A stretch of 64,000 nucleotides of DNA from Octopus vulgaris (lineage: Eukaryota). Where the stretch lies: positions 59,954,001 to 60,018,000 of the forward strand of contig OX597819.1 in the NCBI GenBank assembly GCA_951406725.2, given 5' to 3'. Below, piece by piece: positions 39,696 through 53,449 of the stretch; within the stretch, counting starts at the first letter, position 1; each line of letters begins with the position of its first letter. Below the pieces are notes generated by a model, which did no database searches, was not told the origin of the DNA, and worked only from the letters and a program-made list of their open reading frames with translations. Both the position numbers and the translations under genes were made by a program.

Positions 39696-39833
39696 ATGGA
39701 TGAATACCTGAAGTACGTTGGAGCGGGCTCCCTCACAGTTGCAGCATTAGCTGCAGCTGCAGTCATGTTACACAAATCCCCTGAACCCTATCGACCGATG
39801 GTGGATCTTTCGCATCAGTCCGCAGTTGTAGAA
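39696..39833 (+). CDS. ACSL: Long-chain-fatty-acid--CoA ligase (ACSL1/5/6 family), first coding exon
   Basis: Acceptor tttattccag| at 39693, ATG 39696, MDEYLKYVGAGSLTVAALAAAAVMLHKSPEPYRPMVDLSHQSAVVE, donor |GTGAGT in phase 0. Hydrophobic anchor followed by P..P.vDLs.QS resembles the ACSL N-terminus. Paralog cannot be assigned. Confidence 0.88.
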
Positions 39834-40167
39834 GTGAGTATTCTGCTTTAGTGATTTTATTTTTGCTTCTCAATGTAATTTTTTTAGGTTGAAAATTAGC
39901 CTTTTATTTTCACATGCGTCTTGTGATATTGTTTTTATGTATTTGTTTTATCAGTCCATTTCCATCATCATTATTATCATTTAATGTCAGTATACCTTAG
40001 TGGTATAGATTGGGAGGTTCAACAGGATCCATTGAGCCAGAGGATTGGCTTTGGCATGGTGCGCTGGTGTGTGTGTGTATGAGCATAGCTGTGTGGTTAA
40101 GAAGTTTGCTTCCCAACCGTGTGGTCTTGGGGTCAGTCCTATTGTGCAGCATCTCTTCTTCTATACC

Positions 40168-40306
40168 CACTAGCATAGCTAGGGTGCGTGCTGCCTGGGT
40201 CGGCCCTTCCGTTTGCTACCCCCGGACTTCACAAAAAAGCACATTGCCTACAGGAGACCCAAAAGTGCGGACCGCCCTTACCGCCCCCACCCCAGCTATT
40301 CTAGTG
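40168..40306. mobile_element. GC-rich hAT-type MITE inserted in an S1 head
   Basis: TIR cactagcatagctagg / cccagctattctagtg; TSD tctatacc / tctataac. Confidence 0.8.
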
Positions 40307-41496
40307 TCTATAACCCTGGGCCAACCAAAGCCTTCTGAGTGGATTTGGTAGACGATACTGAAAGTTGCTTGTTTGTGTGGTTAGGGTGTTGCACCCATGA
40401 TTGCAAGATCATGGGTTTGATTCCCAGACTGGGTGTTGTGTTCTTGAGCAAAGCACTTCATTTCATGTTGTTCTGTGGTCATTTCATCATCTAACATGTG
40501 GCACATGGTGCACCTGTACAGGTAATGTAGATTTGATGGAGAGAGTAAGCTTATGTGTACACAAACATTTAATCACTATAAATAGATCATCTGTGTGGTT
40601 GTTTGGCAACAAATTGTCAAACTCTCATGTTATCTAAGACGGGGAGAGTCAATGATGTATATGAAGTGTGTGTGTGTATGCATACCAGTCTGTAAATAAG
40701 CATCATCATCATACAATCAAGGTGATTTGTTTCCAGTTTTCCATGAAAAACATATTTATCTATGGGAAAATGTTACCTTCCTTTTTTTGTTGAAAAAAGA
40801 TGTACAAAATGTGAACATTCATACCAGAAGTTGACTCATTTAATGTCAGAATAGGTTTTTACAGAAAAAAATATAATGAAGTTGACTTTCATTTATGCGG
40901 GACAGTATAATGCTTACTTTTTCTGCATAAATTTACTAAAACCATTAAATGGTTAACTACTTTTTGAAATCTGATGTTCATGCTGGTTATCACAGTCCGG
41001 GCTATATTTTAAATATTTTACTCGGTTGAGTAAAGTGTCATCCAAGCTGATGTTTATTGGTAATTAAACTTAATTTGAAACACCTGTGCATATTTATCAG
41101 CTTTGTTTTCGTTGATAATTCTTATCAACAATTTTACCTCTGATCATGATTTGAGAAGACATACAGCAGTATGCTAAAGATCAGATATAATTCCTTGTGG
41201 GCAAGAAATGTAAACAAAGTGTTTGTGTTATAAACAACACAGACACTTTGTAATTTAATAGCTTTTAATGTGATACCTGTTAAACAGAAATTATTTTTAT
41301 TTAATGAAAATTTAATAAAATCTAATCATAAGTGAAATTATGCAAAATACAAATAAACTGAAAACCTTTTTCTCCTGGCCATATCAGCAATTCTGAAAAC
41401 TTTTGGGTGCAGATTTTACATGATTTTCAACAACTTTTATCCTTAAAATCACCTGTGTAAATTACACAGTTTGCACAAATTACATGGGTTTTTATG

Positions 41497-41547
<51 letters not shown>

Positions 41548-41694
41548 CACATGACAGAGCTTTTTTCAGTTTACGCCTACCAAATCCACTCATAGGGCTT
41601 TTCTCTGCTCAGAGCTAAATTAGATGCTTGCCGTAGGTGTCACACAGTCAGACTGAAGCTGAAGTCTGAAACCTCATGGTTGGGAAGTGAACAA

Positions 41695-41997
41695 CAACAC
41701 ACATACATAAGTGTGCACACACAAACACACACACAAGCATATGCATGCACACACACAAACGTACGTACGTATACACACACACACACACACATAAGCGTAC
41801 GTACGCATACACACACACACAGGCGTACGCACGCACACTCATACGTTCATGCACCTGTGTGCATGAGTGTGTATGTGCATGTATATGACTGCGTATGTGT
41901 GTGTGTGTGCACCACACTTACATGCATACACAGGCACATACATACATACAGACACAGGCACTCACATACATACATGCACTCTCCCACACACACACAA
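41695..41997. repeat. Degenerate (CA)n / (TG)n tract
   Basis: Alternating purine-pyrimidine sequence. Confidence 0.9.
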
Positions 41998-42776
41998 CAA
42001 AATCTCTTCATTTATTGATCAATGGTCATTGGACAGTGGCCATGCTGATGCACCACTTGCTAAAGTTTAGTCAATCACATTGACCTTGGTGCTTCTTTCA
42101 GTATGCTTTTAAATCAGTCCAAATATTTATTGACTGACTTCTTTTTAACAATATGCTTTTTTTTTACAAAATGCTAGTCATAAATGTAAATGGATATAGT
42201 CATAAGACAATTACACCTGTGCATGCATACATATACAAATAGACACACACACACATGCTCGTCTTTGAAGATGCAAAGTCTGTGAATGATTTGCTTACAG
42301 GGATATTATAACAACATCACTACTGGTAGCTCAGCAATTTGAGGGGAAGCATAAATGTAAACGAAGACACAGACTCCTCTCATCACATGTGTGTGTGTGT
42401 ACACATGCATGCTAAAGCATGTGCACATGGACACACACATGCACACTAGCGCTCTGTCAGTTACAATGACGAGAGTTTCAGCTGATCCGATCAGCAGAAC
42501 AATCTGCTTGTGAAATTAGCATACAAGTAGCTGAGCACTCCACAGGCATGTATACCCATCGAATAGTTCTCTGGGAGATTCATCATGACACAGAATATGA
42601 CAAGGCTGGCTCCTTTCAATTACCGGTACTACTTATTTTTGCCAGCTGAGTGGACTGGAGCCACGTGAAATAAGGTGCCTTACTCATTGACACAATGCAC
42701 TTCCAGGAATCAAACTCCTGGCTTTATGATCATGGACTGAACAGCCTAACCACTAAGCCATGCACTTTCACAAACA

Positions 42777-42817
<41 letters not shown>

Positions 42818-43135
42818 CTTCTTATTTCTGCCTACTGAAACCATTCCTAAGCCTTTAGTCAGCTTGAAGCTCTTGTAGAAGACACTTGCCTAAGTTGCCA
42901 TGCTGTGTGTGACTGAAACCATATGGTTGCAAAATAGACTTCTCAACCACACAAGCATGCCTGTATCCATATATATATATATGTTTGTATGTGTGTGTGT
43001 GTGCTTGAGTGTGTGTTCACATATGCACACATACACACACACACAACAGGTTCCTATATGATTTTTGTCCTCTAAATTCAATCACAATGGCTTATTAATG
43101 AACTCAAAACTAGTGAACTGTATGTCACCTTATGC

Positions 43136-43354
43136 CAGTGGTTTTCAACCAGGGTTCCGTGGAACCTTAGGGTTCCACCAGTACAGTCCAGGGGTTCCGC
43201 AACAAGTTACAAAAATGCTAAAATCGACAGTAATTTTTATTTCTCCTGTGCAGATATGTGTGCATAAGACAATTAAATTATTGCACAGGGGTTCCTCGAG
43301 CCAGTGGAATGTTTCCTTGGGGTTCCGCTCCAGCAAAAAGGTTGAAAAGCGCTG
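43136..43354. mobile_element. hAT-type MITE
   Basis: cagtggttttcaacc / ggttgaaaagcgctg; perfect 8-bp TSD ccttatgc. Confidence 0.92.
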
Positions 43355-44201
43355 CCTTATGCAAGGTGTCATACAGCTGGATCAAAACCCAGAGCCATCA
43401 TCTTCAGCAGCCATGCGGTTGTGAAACCAGTTTGTTACGTGGCCATCCATGCCTGCATCTGTTATTAACTAAAGAAGAATTTTTATGTAGTTTAATGTTC
43501 CCTGTGGCCTTATTCTAATTTTCATGCTATTTTAAGATTGGCTTTGTCTACTTTCCAGATGTGTTGAAAATATACACAGCTAGATTGTTGAAAAAATAAA
43601 TGAGATAAATTTTTATATAACCTAGTTACAAAATATAAGTTTGTGAAACTGAAGAGGGAAACTATTTTTATCATTATACCAATAGACATTATAGTTGTCA
43701 TTATATCAAATGCTTATTATATTTGTCATTTTTTTTTTAGATAAAAAACTGAAATAGTCTAAAAAAAGGTTTTAAAGACATTTGTTAGTTTATTTGACAT
43801 TTATGCTCTACTTTTCCATGCATTCTGTTACTCTTATATTCTTATTCTTTTAGTGGTTTCAGTTATTGGACTGGTCATCACTCACTGGGGTTTTAATCTA
43901 GTATGTCAGTGCTGGGACTTAAGTCTGGTGCTTGTTTTATCAATTGCTATCAAATGTCTTGAGTTCAACCCCATTGAGTTATGGTTATCTAGAGATTTAT
44001 TCCCACTCTTATTGAATGCATGTAAGTAATCTACACTGATAAGGACAAACACACCCACTGATATGTGTGTGTGTGTCATCATTTAACATCTGTTTTTTTT
44101 CATGCTGGCATGGGTCGGACAGTTTCACAGGCTCTGGTGGTTCGAATGATTGCCTAATGCTCCAGTGCTTGATTTAGCTAGGTTCTACAACTGGATACCT
44201 T

Positions 44202-44408
44202 ATTTTACTTGTTTCAGTCATTAGACTGTGGCCATGCTGGGGCACTGCCTTGAAGAAGCCTTAGTTAAGTGAATTGACCCCAGTACTTAATTTTTTTCTT
44301 TTAAAGCCTGAAATTTATTCTATCACTCTTTTGCCAAAATGCTAAGTTATGAGGACATATCAACACCAGCACCAGTTGTCAAATGGTGCTGGGTGACAAA
44401 CACACACA

Positions 44409-44441
<33 letters not shown>

Positions 44442-44580
44442 TTACACACGATAGGTTTCTTCAGTTTCTTTCTACCAAATCCACTTTGGTCAACCCAAGG
44501 CTATAATAGAAGACATTTGCCCAAGGTGCCACATAGTGGGATTGAACCTGGAGCTATGTGGTTGGGAAGCAAACTTCTTT
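44202..44580 (-). mobile_element. S1 SINE (tail 1)
   Basis: Reverse-complement match to S1. Confidence 0.8.
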
Positions 44581-45087
44581 GTTTGCATTGCACTTGCTGT
44601 TCTATCCTCTTCATGGGCAGGGAAATGAGTAGATTTCCTCTGAGGAGTGGTCATGAATCATGTCTTAATAATCAAACTTGTATTGTGTGAGGGAAATAAC
44701 GTGATGTACTTACATTGGTTTCCTGTGCAAATGTTATAAAAACGTCTGCCAAGTGCATTTAAAGCATGGCTGTGTGATAAGAAGTTTGCTTCTGAACCAT
44801 ATTGTTTCAGGTTCAGTCTCACTACATGACATCTTGGACAAGTGCCTTCGACAGTGACCTCAGACTGACCAAAGCCTTGTGAGTGAATTTGGTAGATGGA
44901 AACTGAAAGAAGCCCATTATTTGTGTGTGTGTGTATACACAGTTGTCAGTTGTTCAACGTGACTGTCACTACATAAACCTGATGAATGTGTAACACATGA
45001 AGGAACTAGTTTATTTCAATATTGTAAAAATTGCAAATAATAAAACATGAAAATCAGACTAGTTGGAATTTCATTGATTATTAAATA

Positions 45088-45560
45088 CATCATCATCATC
45101 GTTTAACGTCTGTTTTCCATGCTAGCATGGGTTGGATGGTTTGACCGGGGTCTGGGAAGCCAGGAGGCTGCACCAGGCTCCAGTCTGATCTGGCAGTGTT
45201 TCTACAGCTGGATGCCCTTCCTAACGCCAACCACTCTGTGAGTGTAGTGGGTGCTTTTTATGTGCACCGGCACAGAAGCTAGTCAAGACAGCACTGGCAT
45301 CGGCCATGTTCAGATGGTGCTTTTTACATGCCACCAGCACGGGTATCACAATTGCAATTTCTATTTGATTTTTATTTTGATGTTGATGTACTTGACTCAA
45401 TAGGTCTTTTCAAGCACAGCAGGTCAACCTACGATCCAAGTTAAGCACAGCAGGCTGTCCTGCAATCCAAGGTACTTTGAATGGTTATGTGAAGATGGTG
45501 TAGGATACAGCCATGAACTCACTTTATTTGTTGGGTCTTCACAGTTACAGCATATCTCCA
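45088..45560 (-). mobile_element. RTE 3' UTR fragment
   Basis: (CAT)n + cgtttaacgtctgttttccatgctagcatgggttgg. Confidence 0.85.
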
Positions 45561-47626
45561 TAAACTTGATCGATTCACATTTTAGCCACTGCTGAGTAGT
45601 GTGTTTAATTTGTTCACTGAACACCGCCACAAATTCCCCTTTGTTTTTCACTCCTTCCCCCTAAATCACTAAGAAAAATTAGATTGATAATCTAATTGCA
45701 ATTATTATTGTGGTCAGCAATGACGTTTCTAAAACTCCCCAGTTGTTTGATTAATTATTCAATTAATCGGTCAATCAGTTATGTTTGTAAAAGCCTTTTC
45801 ATTGCCATTTGCGATCTCTTCAATGACATACCTTCTCTGCACCAGCTGAGCATAACAGATGTGGTTAGCATAGTTCTCAGTATTTAGACATTTTCATTTT
45901 ATGTTATAACAGGTGTTACTCTGTTATGACTGTTTACCTTCCTAGTAATAATGGCTCATTCATGAAATGAAAATAAAACCAATTTTTAGCTAGAATGCAC
46001 TAAATCAATATCTGCTAACACAAAGTATAATACAATTTTCAGAAATAAGGTTTGGTTTTAAGACTTCCTTCAACTCAAATCTTTAATTAATTGTCCAACA
46101 CTCCCTTTACCTTTTCTCTTTCTTTTTTTAGCATTAAGTATTCAGGTATGCTTTTATCTCCAATAGACTCAATGTCGTCAGGATTGGTCCACATTATTGT
46201 ACTTCCGCTTATCTAATGTTACTGCTCTGCTTGATTTCATTTCCTTATTCATTTGAAATGAATATATAAAACTTCTTATCTTGGTATATCATTGCAGATC
46301 AAATAATTTGTTATTTGGTCACTGAAACATTCATTTCCGAAGTTATTGAAATTGAAATTAACTGGTTGAATGAGTGTGGTTATTAGCATTTCGCACCAGA
46401 TCAACCCAAATAACGTAGGCTCATCCCATCTTTTATTCAGATGATATATCAGATGTTCATTATCCAATGTATTCTTTTTTTTTTTTTTAAGATGGCATAG
46501 ATATAAATTTATTATCTATAGAGGGAACACCATCAGGGGTTGCCAGAAGGATGGCTTAGGGCTTCATGCAGCCCTGAGAGTTGCAGTTGAGAACAACTGA
46601 TATAGAGACTCCTTTGCTGGCTTGCTTGCTGTCATAATTGTGAGAATTAAGCCAAAATCAGTCCAAGTTGTGCAGACCTGTGATCAAAATCACTTCAGCT
46701 GTAGCCTTTCCATCCTCTTTAGGGTATGTAGGACTACATTATAAAATATGTCCTAGACTCCCTCATTAACATCTTAGATTTTTCTGCAGTGAAGGCACAT
46801 GACTTAGTGGTTGGGGTATTCAGATCACAGTCATAAGGTCGTGAGTTCAATTTTTGGTGTGTTGTGTCCTTGAGCAAGACACTTCATTTTATGTTGCTCC
46901 AGTCCACACAGCTGACAAAAGTGAGTTTTAACTGAAAGGGCCAACCTTGCCACGTTCTGTATTATGCTGAGTCTCTCTGAGAACTATGTTAAGGGTATGC
47001 TTATGAAATAAACTTGCATGTTTTTTTCCATGAGCAGGCTGTTCTGTTGATTGGATCAACTGGAACCCTCATTGTTGTAACTAATAAAGTGTCAGATTTT
47101 TTTACAGAACACAACTATTGTTTCAGCAGAGGAGCTCTTTCTGCTTTTGGTTCTGTTTGGCAATTTGTTTTTTTACAGTAGGTTAGTGTGCTGTTTCAAT
47201 TAGGTAATGGTTTTTAAAATTATTTTTTTTAATCTTTTTTTTTTTTTTAGCAAAGATCATAATACTTGTGAAGGTGTGTGGCTTGGTGGACAAGGTGTTG
47301 CATTCAAATTGCAAGATCATGATTTCAGTTCCTTAACTGGGTTGTGCAATGTGTTCTTAAGCAAAACATTTCATTTCATGTTCCAGTTCACTCACAATGT
47401 GTAATTGTGCGACAGTTACTTATATAGCATGGAAACCGAGTAACCAGTGTTATGAACTCCAGGACTTGAGACAGTAATGTCCAAGTGTTGACAGTGATGA
47501 TGTTTATACTCGTGTCATGGTTCATTGGTTCAAACAATTGACATCTTACATTCACTGTGTTTCTTATATTTCTTCAGAAAAATCTCTTTTTACACTGTGA
47601 GGCTTCTTGTGAAAAATTATCATTAA

Positions 47627-48037
47627 GGCATAGGCATGGCTGTGTGATAACAACTTTGCTTCTCAATCACAAGGCTTTAGGTTCAGTCCCATTGCAGGGC
47701 ATCTTGGGCAAGTGTCTTCTACTATGGCTTCAAGCCGACCAAAGCCTTGTGAATAGATTTGGTTGACAGAAACTGAAAGAAGCCCATCATATGTGTGTGT
47801 GTGTTCTTGTTTCCTTATCTTGACACTGTGTAAAAGTTGTAGGTGAGTGTCACCATCATGAAAATGGTGTCCATTTCTCAGCTTACATGTCTGGTCAAGG
47901 GAAGATACTACCTTGTCTGCAAACGAGTGAAGGGTGGTAACAGAAAAGGTGTCTGGCCATAGAAAATCTGCTTCAACAAATTTGGCTGACCCATACAACC
48001 ATGGAAAAATGGATGTTAAAATGACAATGATGGTGAT
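47627..48037 (+). mobile_element. S1-head SINE with alternative RTE-like tail (tail 2)
   Basis: S1 head, (TG)n, then ccttatcttgacac...tagaaaatctgcttcaac...gacccat...atggaaaaatggatgttaaaatga; related copies at 59417-59795 (-), 62090-62760 (+) and 22670-23835 (-). Confidence 0.8.
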
Positions 48038-48396
48038 ATTATAGCCAAGAACAAAGGACAAGTGACTTTAAAAATTTCATGACAGGCCTAATAATAGCAG
48101 TCTGTTCTTATGAGTTGCGAGCCAGAAACAGGCAGGTTAACCCTCTCTACACCAGCTAATGTTTACAGACACTTGATAATTAGTATCGTAGCATTTTGTT
48201 GTAATCATTACTTTTTCCTAGTTGGCATGAATATCAACAACCGATTAAACTGAACAATGAAATTCAGTACCAGTTCACATTTCTACATTGATTAATTAAG
48301 GATATGGTGCATTTCAAACTAAAGCTTATTCTGCATGACAAGCTCACACACACACACTTGTATGTGTATGAGTGTATATATATATAAATGAATAAA

Positions 48397-48710
48397 GGGG
48401 TAAAGACCCCCTTCCGGCATGAAAATTACACTCCGGAGCACAAGTCCAGACAAGTTTGTTTATGGAAGACCAATATTTGCCCATGCATACCAGCCTCCCC
48501 CCTCCACATCGCTGATGTTGTTCAAGCGAAAGGTGAAGGCCAATACAGATTGATGCCAATGACGTCGCAATTCATTGCTACAGCTGAGTAAACTGGAGCA
48601 AAGTGAAATAAAGTGTCTTGCCCAAGAAAACAACACACAACCTGGTCCAGAAATCAAACTCGCTACCTCGTGATTGTGAACCTGACTCCCTAACCACTGA
48701 GCCATGTGCC
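48397..48710 (-). mobile_element. S3-head SINE with a different (Deu/Nin-like) body
   Basis: Reverse S3 head + cccatgcataccagcctcccc body; homolog at 63196-63460. The domain name is from recall and unverified. Confidence 0.7.
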
Positions 48711-49811
48711 TATATATATATATTTTTAGATTTAATGCCCATGTTCTGTGCTGACATGGGTTGGACAGTTTGACAGGTTCCAGTTAGTTCAAGGAATGCA
48801 TCATGATCTGGTGTCTGTTTTACAAGGTTTCTATGGCTAGATGCATTTTCTAATTCCATCTACTTTGTAGTGTGTACTGGGTGCTTTTTTCTTTTTTTTT
48901 TTGTTTTGCCACCAGCAATAGTGAGGTTGCCATGTAGCTTTCAAGACTATGAACCTTGATTGAGGAGGTGGAGGAAGAACTTTATACAAGGAGAATAAGG
49001 AGCAGAGAGTGGGTAGCATATGAGAGAAAAGGATCAGTTTAAAACTGGTTTCTTGCTGAAGAGGAGCTACGTGACTACTTGTGTTTTAGAAGAGAGGATA
49101 GGGGTTGAGCTGATAGTTGGTTATGAGGTATCAGAGTGGACCTTTCAAAGTTATGAAATTCACATTACAACCACATGGTTACTGGTTCAATCTGACTGCA
49201 TGACACTACTTTTTAGGTAAAATTTATTGATAGAGACTGTGCAGAAACCTGCCACATACATGTGTGTGTGTGTGTGTATACCTAATTGTGTTTATGTTTC
49301 CAGTCTAAAACCATTGTTGTTTATGCTTGTGCCTCTTCATGTCCCATAACATTAGTGGTTCAAAAAAATAGAGATTGATAAAATTAGTACCAGACTGTAT
49401 CAAAGTTCTGTGGTTGGTATGATTGACTTGAAGGTGATTCTTCAGTATGGCTGCAATCCAATGACTGAAGCAAGCAAAATAATAAAAGAAAAATAAAGTG
49501 GGCGAAGGAAGATAATAAAGCAATTTTATAATTGAATGGTAATTAGGTAAACAGTTGCAGTAGATGATGTGAGGAACAAGGGGAGAAAAATTTTTAATGA
49601 AATAGTTAATGCCTTTTTTTCCCCTTTTACTGGTTTCAGTCATTGAACAACAGCTATACTGGGACCCTATCGTGAAGGGTTTTAGTCTAATAAGTTGACC
49701 CCAGTAATTATTTGTTATGTATGGTTCTTATTCTATCAGTCTCTTTTGCTGAATCACTAAGTTACAGGAACACAAGCAAGCCTATACTGGTTGTCAAGCA
49801 GTGATTGGAGG

Positions 49812-50182
49812 ACATACACTTGCATGCAAACACTCGCATGCACACATTCGCATGCACACTCTTGCATGTACACTCTCGCAAGCACACACTTGCACGCACA
49901 CATTCATGTACATGCACACAGTTGCATGCACCCTCTTGCAAGTGCACTTTCATGCACACACTCACATACATGCACATGCATACACATGCACACAGTCGCA
50001 AGCACACTCTCGCATGTACACACTTTCATGTACTCACATGCACACACTCACACACATGCACATACTCGCATGCATACACTTGCATGTATACACTCGCACG
50101 CACACTCTCACAAGCACACTCTCACAAACACACACTTGCATGCACGCTCTTGCACACACACACACACATGCACACATACACC
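49812..50182. repeat. Degenerate CA-rich tract within an S1 tail
   Basis: (CA)n-derived units such as cacacttgcatg. Confidence 0.9.
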
Positions 50183-51348
50183 ACGGATGTACTACCTAGG
50201 TAGGCAAGTTAGGCAGTGCTTACATTGAATAAAATAGATCGATGACAACATTGTCCTTTTATGGCAAAATATGTACCTAATTCAATAAAATTATGAAGGT
50301 TACTCTGATTACTATGCATAAAATACAAAATGCTTTATTATTTTTTTTTTTTTGTAGATTAGGTAGGCATAATTCACCCCTGCTTTTCAATCTCTGTATT
50401 TAAGCTACACATAGTACTGCTGTAGTACACATGCTGTGTACATTCCTACAACTACATTTTCTTTACAGGCTATAAAGGCAGAAGTAAATCTGCCTTCATC
50501 TCAGTCGTGTGCCTGTATTTCGCTTATTTTTTGTGTGTTTTACTACATAAAAGTCACCAGCTGCCTACCCTGAGTAATTACTGATGGCACGTGCCTGACA
50601 TACACACACACACACATACATACACATACATAATATAGTTATAAGGCTTCATTACAATCTAGGCACTGCAACACATAAGATACCAGAAATGGCTAGGTAT
50701 GATAATATAGAGCTCACAGTGAAATGAACAACATTGAATACATCAAGTGTTGGTAGGCTAGTGTAGATATGCAAGTACCAAATCCAATTTAAACTATAGA
50801 TCTGACTTGGGGTTTGGTCCTTGGTTTGACATAGACATAAAAAGTAAACACAAATGGTGTTTAAAATTTATAGCAGCTGTTTCAGTAGAGTTCTATTAAT
50901 GGTTTCCACACTGTTTCTGCCTACCAAATTTACCTACAAGGCATTAGTTAGTCTGGGGCTATAAACGTAAACATTTGCTCAAGGTGCCACAGAGTGGAAC
51001 TGTACCCAAAATCATGAGGCTGCAAACAAACTTCTTTAACTACAGAGCTATGTCTGCGAACAAAAGAAAACAAAAAGAACAAAGCTAAAAAGAAAATATG
51101 TAAATGACCCTTGAAAGTAAAATGTTATGCATTGGTGTTGTGTGGCCCCCAGGTTAAGTTGACCTAGAATTTGAAGGAGATTGGAGTTTTGCAGTATTGC
51201 CAGGATGAGTGACCACTTGGGAACTCCTTTGTTGCTTTGGTTTGCAGAGTGTAGCATAAGTATGTAGGTGATTAACTCTTTAACCCTGTAGCATTCAGAT
51301 TACTCAGTCAAATGTAATACTTATTTAATCACATTATTTCAGATTTAT

Positions 51349-51985
51349 AAGGTGGTGGCTGGCAGAGTTGTTAGCACGCCGGGCAAAATACTTAGTGATA
51401 CTTTGTCTGTCTTAATGTTCTGAGTTCAAATTCTGACGAGGTCGACTTTGCCTTTCATCCTTTCGGGGCCGATAAATTAATTACCAGTTGTGTACTGGCG
51501 TTGATCTAATCGACTGGCCTCCTCCCACAAATTTCAGGCCTTGTGACTATAGTAGAAAAGAATTGTTAGTGCACTGGATGAAATGCTTAGCAGTATTTTG
51601 CCCATCACTATGTTCTGAGTTCAAATTCCGCTGAGGTCGACTTTACCTTTCATCCTTTTGGGATCAATAAATTAAGTACGAGTTGAGTACTGGGGTCGAT
51701 GTAATCAACTATCCCCTTGCCCCAAATTTCAGGCCTTGTGCCTATAATAGAAAGGACTATTTCAAATTTATCAAAGATGGTGAGCTGGCAGAATCGTTCA
51801 TATACTGGGCAAAATGCTCAACGGCATTTCAGCTGTCTTTATGTTCTGAATTCAAATTTGCTAGGGTCAGCTTTGCCTTTCATTCTTTCGGAGTTGATAA
51901 ATTAAGTACCAGTCAAACACTGGGGTCGATGAAATCGATTGGTCCTCTACCCCCAAATATCAGGCCTTGCATCTATAGTAGAAAG
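51349..51985 (+). mobile_element. Three tandem S2 SINEs
   Basis: ttctgagttcaaatt...tttcatcctt...caggccttg...tagtagaaa repeated three times. Confidence 0.9.
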
Positions 51986-52925
51986 GTTTATTTTTATATT
52001 CATCATGCACAAACTCATAACTTTGAGATTTTGATGATGTGATTGTTTATTTCTGAGAACAGCTTTATAGAATATTGTGAAGCCCGACAGATTTCATCAG
52101 TGTCAACATAAAAGAGGTAGAATAAATGTGATAGAAGATACTTGCCCAAGGTACCATGCAGTGACACTGAACTTGAAACCATGTGGTTGGAAATCAAGCT
52201 TCTTAACAACATAGCTATGCCTGTGCCTTTGTGGAATCATTTAAAACTGTAATTTTAAGCTAATTTCAAGCCACCTTCTCTATTATTAATCTTAGCTCTA
52301 ACATTGATAAAAATCGTTTAAGTAGCTGCTTACTCACCTGTCAGGTGAGATGAAAAACCTGATTGATTTTCTTTTCTGACCAGAAAACAAGATAGACGAG
52401 TAAAGGATCAATGACATTCAGTCAATTCCTTATTACAACATAGATACCTGATCAATATTTGCTTTTTTTTTTTTTTTGTGATTACACAAACTTTGAGAGA
52501 TAGACGCATTTATCATTGAGAGGAAATCATTTGAATGAGAAAGATGTCTCTGTGATGGTTGTCTTCCACTCGCTTTTAGATGGTATATATTTAGACAACT
52601 ATAAATCAGTATTGTTAATTAGGAAAGAACTGATTGTTTTCAAGTACTTTAAGTCTTATTACTGGTATAAAATGTCTATGTACATAGTAAGTAGCATAAA
52701 GAATAGTGTTATTAGACTGCATGCAATTCAGAGAACCATGGGTGTGCGAATAAGAAACACTGTGATGTTAAAATTCTGTATTTCTTCAAGTATTGTTATA
52801 TTCTTTTTGCATCTACCACTATAAAAAATTTTGCTCTTCCTAATTTTATAAATATTTAAAAAATGATACATTGTACTTATATGTATCATCATCATCATCA
52901 TTTAATGTTTGCCTTCCATGCTGGC

Positions 52926-52964
<39 letters not shown>

Positions 52965-53123
52965 TGTCAGTGACATGAAAAATGCCTCTAGTACATGCTA
53001 TAAAGTGCTTGGTGTTAGGAAGAACATCCAGCCAAATTGACCATGCCAAACAGCACAATGCAGTCCTTGGATTCATCAGTTGCTGTTAAACTGTCCAACC
53101 CATGCCAGGATAAATCATGGGCA

Positions 53124-53353
53124 TTAACCCTTTTGATAGCAACCCGACTGAAACTGCCTCTGGCTCTGTAGTACACATGTGTCTTGTTTTCATAAGTTTT
53201 GAATTAAAATCTTCCACCAAACCTTAGTCACAGTTTATGTTCCTAACACTTGCTTAATGATTACTAAGTAATCTTACTAAATTCTTTGCTATATTTAAAA
53301 TTAATTGAAAGAAACAGAGCATCTCAACAGAAATCCGGTAATGAAAGGGTTAA
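53124..53353. mobile_element. TTAA-flanked MITE, family B
   Basis: ttaacccttttgatagc ... ggtaatgaaagggttaa. Confidence 0.8.
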
Positions 53354-53449
53354 ATGACGATAATGATTATATGGCTTATGTGTATGAAATGCATTAAAAC
53401 AGAATCAGTATAAGAGGTAAGCCTTTCAACAATTGAGTAATCAGGAGGA

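Noticed and set aside
44979-45012. Second hammerhead-like motif (ctgatga-atgtg-taa-cacat-gaaggaactagtt)
   Set aside because: Stem II is present, but the GAAA core is interrupted (gaagga) and stem I is unconvincing. At best a dead relic.
49762-50228. His/Thr/Cys-rich ORFs here and at 41648-42083, 36351-36814, 37647-38150 and 62272-62532
   Set aside because: Translations of (CA)n, (TG)n and (TA)n microsatellites, with no splice or homology support.
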